The position numbers were made by a program, and so were the translations under genes. Of a stretch of 64,000 bases of DNA, positions 53,291-64,000 are shown one piece after another. How positions within the stretch are numbered: position 1 is the first letter of the stretch; each line of letters opens with the position of its first letter. Origin of the DNA: the human T2T-CHM13v2.0 reference genome, Homo sapiens; the NCBI RefSeq assembly GCF_009914755.1, contig NC_060936.1. One strand, written 5' to 3'. The notes beneath the pieces were generated by a model. It was not told the origin of the DNA. It made no database searches and worked only from the letters and a program-made list of their open reading frames with translations.

Positions 53291-56280
53291 GTGAGCTGCT
53301 GCCTGGGGATGGGGGTAGCAGGGAGAGGTGGGACTCGGGGTGGCAGAAACTCCCCAGGCAGATCCAAGCGGGGGTGCAGGAGAGGCAGGCCCTCACTTGA
53401 GCTCCACCCTTCCCCTGCTGTGTGATCTGGGGAGAGGTGCAAAAGCTTCCTAAGCTTCAGGTTCCTCTTCTGTGATACAAGCTGGCTAAGATTCCAGCTG
53501 CCTGCACCAAAGGGAGCATCAGGACTGTGGGGGACGCTCTGCCTTTGTGATTGATTCATTCATCAGAGCACCATGTTGGAGGCACAGGGTAGGGCCTCTA
53601 GCTCTGGGATCCAAAGCTTCAGGCAAAGAATGTTTGTCGAACCCTTCGTACAGAAGCCTAAGGCTGGGCCTACCAAGCCACCTAGCTGGGTTGAGAAGTC
53701 ATACTTGTGGGAAGTAATGGTAACTGGCACAGGGCTGTATACGGGTGACCACAGGTGTCATGAAGGCAGTAGATTGGCCCAGAGCCTGGAACTGGAAAAG
53801 ACAAGGAAGGCCAGCTCGGACAGGGGAAGTGCTTTGAGCAAAAGCCTGAAGAAAGGCAAATTCAAGGCAGGGAGGACAGAGGGGGACCTCTGCATGCCAT
53901 AGAGCATAGGCAGGCCTGAGCCCAGCCAGGAAGTGAGGTCAGGGTGCGGAGGAGTTAGGAGCACAAGCCAGGACAGGTGGCAGAAAGCACCCGGGGGTGG
54001 GTGCTCCCCCTGGAGGGTTCACCCGCAGTCAGCCTGCTCTGTTCTCCCGCAGGGGCAGCCCTCATCCCGGCTGTTTGGGCCTCTAGTGAGCCACCCCCTC
54101 GCCTTAGGGATCCAGGCCCACATGTTAGCAACATTTTTTTCCCAATTCAGCAGTGCTTGGAATGTTTTTCAAAAGCTTTACTAGGAAACTAGTAAACACA
54201 ACCCAAAGCAGCTGTATAGATACGTGAGTGTCCCGAACCCAGATTCCCCCCACCAGTCCCCCAATGTCAGTCACCTCCAACCTGGCTCAAGGACCCTCTG
54301 TTTCCTCCTGCCTCTGTCATCTGGCACATCTGCAGCTGATGATGAAGGTCCAGTCCCCCCTTCCATGACCCTCGGCTGCCTCACCTGTCTGGGGATGGCC
54401 TCAGAGCCTGTCCCTCATGAGTCTGGAGCTTCCCTGGAGGGTCCAGCAAGGCTGCCTGGCCCTCGTCCCAGAGGACGTGACCCCCTGGCTGCCCACCAAG
54501 CTCCTTTCTTATGAGGCCAGGGGATTCCATCACGCATTCAGCGAGTGGCTTTTGAGGGCAAAGAAGGTGCAGAGGACCCAGTGGGGAGCGCGAGGGGCGT
54601 CATGAAGAGCTTCGTGGCTGTGTGCTGAGGACTGGCCCCACCTGGAAGTCAGGGAACGTGTCCTTGAAGAGGCGGCATGTTAGCCAGCGTCTGAGGATGG
54701 CAGGAGTGGCTGGGTGGGAGCATGGTCCCAGTGCCCAGGAGAAAGAGCTGAGCTGGCAGGAGGGGCCCTCCCCCTGGCCACAAGGAGCAGGCACTTTCGG
54801 GGAATCAGAAGGAGCCAGTGTGGACCCCAGTGGAGAGGGCAGGGGCAAGTGGAGACTCCAACAACCCAGCCTCCTCCTGAGCCCTCCCCGCGTCAGCACT
54901 GGAGCACTGATGGCCCTGTAGAGCTCACAGTAGGATAGTTAGAAGGTCCGCCATGTTCCTGGACACTGAGCACCTACCCCAGGAAAGCCTCTCTCTCCCT
55001 CCTGCCCCATTCCTGGGAAGCAGGTTCACCCAGACCACAGTTGTGTCACATGGAGGAGTTTGTTGACGCCAGGAGGAAAACCACTTCTCACTGCAGGTGT
55101 GAGTAGTTTCACCTGAGGTGTAGGAGTTCCTGGTGGGGACTGACAGGCCAAGTCCAATCCTGACAAGCCAGGAAGATGACTGGCCACTGCCCCAGGATAC
55201 CCATTTTCCCTTATGGAGGCTAGAAGGACACGCCGCCTCCCTCCCAACTTACATCCCGATTCCAGAGCCACCGCAAACCCCTGCTCTCCTCCAGGATGAG
55301 GCCCTTAAGATCAGAGCTTCTCACGAGCTCGCCGAGGCTCAGGGCAGCCAGTGTCTCCAGAGGGGCAGAGCAGCACCATTTTCCTACGTGAGCCCAGCAG
55401 AAGGCGGGATAGTTCAATGGTGCTGGAGACGCTGGGGGTGGGCAAGAAGGGTGTGACCTGGAGAGGTCTGAGGAGACAAGTTCACAGGCCAGAGGACAGA
55501 TCTGTGGCCAGAATGGTGAGGGGCAGAGGTAGGAGGAAGCCAGAGGCACTGGGGTGGGGGCGGGGGCAGGTCCTGTTAGGGAACTGGAGAACGGAGCTGG
55601 CTTTTGTGTGGCTTGGTGGTCTCAGACTCCACTGTGCCTAAGGATCGCCTAGGAGCAAGAGAATGTGGAGTCCCCTGCCCCGCCCTGGGCCTAGCTGAGT
55701 GACAAGCTCTGGGACCGAGGACCAAGGGCTCACCATCCAATGCCGGTGGTCCAAGGACCACTCTGTCACACCCAGGGTAGTGCATGACCAGCCCTGAGGC
55801 CTTCCACAGCCCCCCTCCAGCCTCAGCACCACCCCACAAGGAGCACGGCATAATTGGGGGCTGGCTGTTCCCATTGCCTCCTTTACTGAGAGGAAACCAG
55901 GGCTCAGAGGGGCGACAGGCTCATTCAAAGTCGGAGCCGTTACGAGGCAGAACGGTGGCTCCAACCCCAAACATGCAAAGGCCTCAAAGTACGGAGAAGG
56001 GGACTCTTGAGAGCTGCTTGAGGATAGGACCCACATACCCCAGGACCTGGGACACATGCCACACTCAGCTCCACAAGGGCTTCCTGAATGATCTGGAAGA
56101 CAGCCAGCCTCCCTGCACAGAAGAGAGCAGTTAAGAATAAACTCCTGGGAAATACTCACATAGTGTGTGCCATCTGTCCTTAAGATGGAGATTAACTTCT
56201 TCCACTCTCACATCCTGCGAGGCAGGTGGTGCTACCATCCCCACCTCATAGAGGAGGAAACTGAGGCACAGGGCAGTTGA

Positions 56281-56862
<582 letters not shown>

Positions 56863-57154
56863 TGAGCTGGCGGGCGGCTGAGGGGAGGCCAGGGCCAGGG
56901 TCAGCCGTCAACCAAGACCGTCCAGGCACAGACATGGTGGGAACAGCTGGGAGGAGGTGAGTGCCTCCAGGCCCCAGCCTCGGTCAACCCCACCCTGTCC
57001 AGCTTGCTCCTCATCAGCTAGACGAGGGAGATAGCAGGATGCCTCTGCGGGCCCTCATTCTGTAGCTGTCAGAGGCCAGGCCAGGCTGTGGTCCGGTGGA
57101 GACTGGGCAAGAGGCCTGAGCGATGCTGTGACGGTGATGGTGCTGTCTCCACAG

Positions 57155-57347
57155 GTGATCCTAAAGTCAGAGCCTGTCCACCCCTTCGGGCTGGCCGTGT
57201 ATGGGGAGCACATTTTCTGGACTGACTGGGTGCGGCGGGCAGTGCAGCGGGCCAACAAGCACGTGGGCAGCAACATGAAGCTGCTGCGCGTGGACATCCC
57301 CCAGCAGCCCATGGGCATCATCGCCGTGGCCAACGACACCAACAGCT
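57155..57347 (+). CDS. LRP1: LRP1 exon 44
   Basis: 193 nt; [21 protein letters not shown]. Confidence 0.97.
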
Positions 57348-57397
57348 GTGAGTGGGGCTGCCGCCAGCTGCCTCACCCTCCTGCCTGTCGTGCATGG

Positions 57398-59936
<2,539 letters not shown>

Positions 59937-60119
59937 TGAGGCGCACTGGCATAACCCATCTGTACCTCAGTTCCTGCCCCACCCCTCCCTGGCCAAGCTT
60001 TGTCCCTGGGCCCCGTGGTGTCTGGTTCAAGGCACTCTGTGACAGGCCAGGGCAGGTGCTGTGGGCCAGGAGCTCTGTCCTGCGTCCTTCTGGCCCCCAC
60101 AGAGAAAACTCTGGCCTGA

Positions 60120-60263
<144 letters not shown>

Positions 60264-60599
60264 TGACGCCCTTTGCTGGCACCTCCTGGGCTCCTCCCCA
60301 TCGCTCACTGCATCTCCCGCCTTCAGGCCCTCCTGCACCTGCCCACATTCCTCTCTGCCTTCCCTCATCCCCGCTGACAGCCTCCATCTCCCTGAGGCCC
60401 TGTCCCCATCCCGCTCCTGCTCCTGGGCTCTCGTGGGGTTCCGAGAGGGGGCAGTGAGCAGATGGTGCAGACAGTGCCCCACCAGAAGGGCACCGTTCAA
60501 CTTTTGGAAACGCATGAAGGCTCCATAGGGCTGGCAGCTGCCCCAGTCGGGGGTGATCCAGGGGGAACCAGGTATCACCCTCACCCCTGCCCCCACCAG

Positions 60600-60749
60600 G
60601 TGCCACCGACTGCAGCAGCTACTTCCGCCTGGGCGTGAAGGGCGTGCTCTTCCAGCCCTGCGAGCGGACCTCACTCTGCTACGCACCCAGCTGGGTGTGT
60701 GATGGCGCCAATGACTGTGGGGACTACAGTGATGAGCGCGACTGCCCAG
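60600..60749 (+). CDS. LRP1: LRP1 exon 49, CR14
   Basis: 150 nt; [21 protein letters not shown]. Confidence 0.97.
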
Positions 60750-60950
<201 letters not shown>

Positions 60951-61208
60951 TGACCACTGCACCCACTCAGTGCTCCAAGAGCCTGCTGGGCCCCACTTCT
61001 TAGTCCCCCCCAGCAAATGCCCCCTTGGAAAAGGGCATCCAGAGCCTTCAACCCCCTGCCCCACACCCCAACTCTTGAGGTCAGACTCAGAGACTCTGCC
61101 TCTAGCTGCTGCTGAGCCCCCCCACAGAGGGGTGCTGTGGGCATCTCTCCTGTCCTTCCCATGGCATCAGCCTCCCCAGGTGGGTGACCCCCACCCTTCC
61201 CCATCTAA

Positions 61209-61841
<633 letters not shown>

Positions 61842-61902
61842 TGAGGGACGGTCGGCCGCTGGCCAGGCAGGGCTGAAGGGCTGTGTCCACCTCTGTCCAC
61901 AG

Positions 61903-62025
61903 TGTACAACAGCACTTGTGACGACCGTGAGTTCATGTGCCAGAACCGCCAGTGCATCCCCAAGCACTTCGTGTGTGACCACGACCGTGACTGTGCAGAT
62001 GGCTCTGATGAGTCCCCCGAGTGTG
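61903..62025 (+). CDS. LRP1: LRP1 exon 53, CR18
   Basis: 123 nt; [23 protein letters not shown]. Confidence 0.97.
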
Positions 62026-62107
62026 GTGAGCCTTCGGCGGTGGTGGGAGGAGGCCCTGCCCTCTGCCGGGCCAGGGCATCAGCCTCACAGGTCCATTCCT
62101 CCCCCAG

Positions 62108-62248
62108 AGTACCCGACCTGTGGCCCCAGTGAGTTCCGCTGTGCCAATGGGCGCTGTCTGAGCTCCCGCCAGTGGGAGTGTGATGGCGAGAATGACTGCC
62201 ACGACCAGAGTGACGAGGCTCCCAAGAACCCACACTGCACCAGCCCAG
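62108..62248 (+). CDS. LRP1: LRP1 exon 54, CR19
   Basis: 141 nt; [23 protein letters not shown]. Confidence 0.97.
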
Positions 62249-62331
62249 GTGGGCCCCAGACCTGGCTCCCCTCTGCCCCCTCCCCAGACTGCCTGAGACC
62301 CCGCTGACCTGCCGCCTCCGCCCCTCCGCAG

Positions 62332-62522
62332 AGCACAAGTGCAATGCCTCGTCACAGTTCCTGTGCAGCAGTGGGCGCTGTGTGGCTGAGGCACTGCTCT
62401 GCAACGGCCAGGATGACTGTGGCGACAGCTCGGACGAGCGTGGCTGCCACATCAATGAGTGTCTCAGCCGCAAGCTCAGTGGCTGCAGCCAGGACTGTGA
62501 GGACCTCAAGATCGGCTTCAAG
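62332..62522 (+). CDS. LRP1: LRP1 exon 55, CR20 + start of EGF-like 11
   Basis: 191 nt; [22 protein letters not shown]. Confidence 0.97.
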
Positions 62523-62589
62523 GTATGCCCAGCCCTGGGGAGGAGCTTCCACACCCCAGACGTGCCAGGAACGCCTTTCTCCACTGCCT

Positions 62590-63060
62590 TATTCATTCAT
62601 TCATCCCCTAGACAGTGGGGATACAGCAGTGAATGAGACAGAAATCTGCTTGGTTGGGGTCTGCCTCTATCTGGCAGGTAGAGAGCCAGCAGATTTGCTG
62701 ACAGATGAGATATGCAGTGTGAGAGGAAGAGAGGAGTGAGGCATCAAGTAGGCAAGAGATACACAGGTCTGGAGTTCAAGGAGAGGCCCAGGCTGGAGAG
62801 GGAAGTCTGGGAGTTATCACCATAGAGATGCTATTTGAATCTGTGAGCCTGGATATGATTCCCAAGGGAGCAGTGTAGGTGGAGAAGAGAGGAGTCCAAA
62901 GTCTGAGCCCCGAGCTGAGCAACAGCCAGGAGCAGGGAAGTGAGGGGACCAGCAGAAGAGCCTGAGAAGGAGCAGCTGCTGAGGCAGGAGAACAGCCACG
63001 AGAAGAAAGCATTTCCATGGGGAGGGCACACGCAGCTCTGTCAAATGACACTCGGGGGCA
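62590..63060 (-). mobile_element. L2 fragment
   Basis: attcattcattc end and L2-like body. Confidence 0.55.
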
Positions 63061-63139
63061 CACAGAAGGAGGCCTGCACTGTGGGCCAGCTGGGTGGGCT
63101 CAGTACCCATATGCTGCTGCCCCTAGTGAGGCCGGGTAG

Positions 63140-63704
<565 letters not shown>

Positions 63705-63789
63705 TAGGTCCAACCATCCCTCCCCCAGATGCAAATGTGGCCCCTGTTGCCACAACCGACTTCTGCTGTCCTTCACTCCCCAAATCCAG

Positions 63790-63909
63790 GGCCTGAACAA
63801 CGCCGTTGCCTTGGATTTTGACTACCGAGAGCAGATGATCTACTGGACAGATGTGACCACCCAGGGCAGCATGATCCGAAGGATGCACCTTAACGGGAGC
63901 AATGTGCAG
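63790..63909 (+). CDS. LRP1: LRP1 exon 58
   Basis: 120 nt; [26 protein letters not shown]. Confidence 0.97.
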
Positions 63910-64000
63910 GTGAGGCGGGTGGCCCTCGGCGACCAACACTGGCCCGCCTCAGATGACTGTTTTCAGATCGTCTCTCCTTCCCGCCCCACCAACCCAAATT

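Overview
Human (primate) genomic DNA, not microbial. The window is the interior of LRP1 (LDL receptor-related protein 1), on the + strand. I traced coding exons 2-58 base by base. All have AG/GT boundaries, and their phases join into one open frame (c.68-9282, about residues 23-3094): CR1-2, EGF/YWTD beta-propellers, ligand-binding cluster II (CR3-10), cluster III (CR11-20) and the start of propeller 7. Nested elements: the MIR1228 hairpin intron (60750-60822), a spliced antisense lncRNA matching LRP1-AS (about 13450 to 10455, - strand), an alternative last exon in intron 6 that gives a short secreted isoform, and many Alu/MIR/L2/L1/MER/MLT repeats. The most interesting signal is a 51-nt frame-preserving exon hidden in intron 19 (34021-34071, [17 protein letters not shown]). 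It is a paralogous C-terminal half of complement repeat CR6. If it replaces exon 20 it rebuilds CR6 and cleanly removes CR7, which would be a splice switch on the main ligand-binding cluster. Nearly all ORFs in the supplied track are exon fragments read into introns, or noise from Alu and low-complexity sequence. Repeat family names and database-type identifications come from recall, not from searches.
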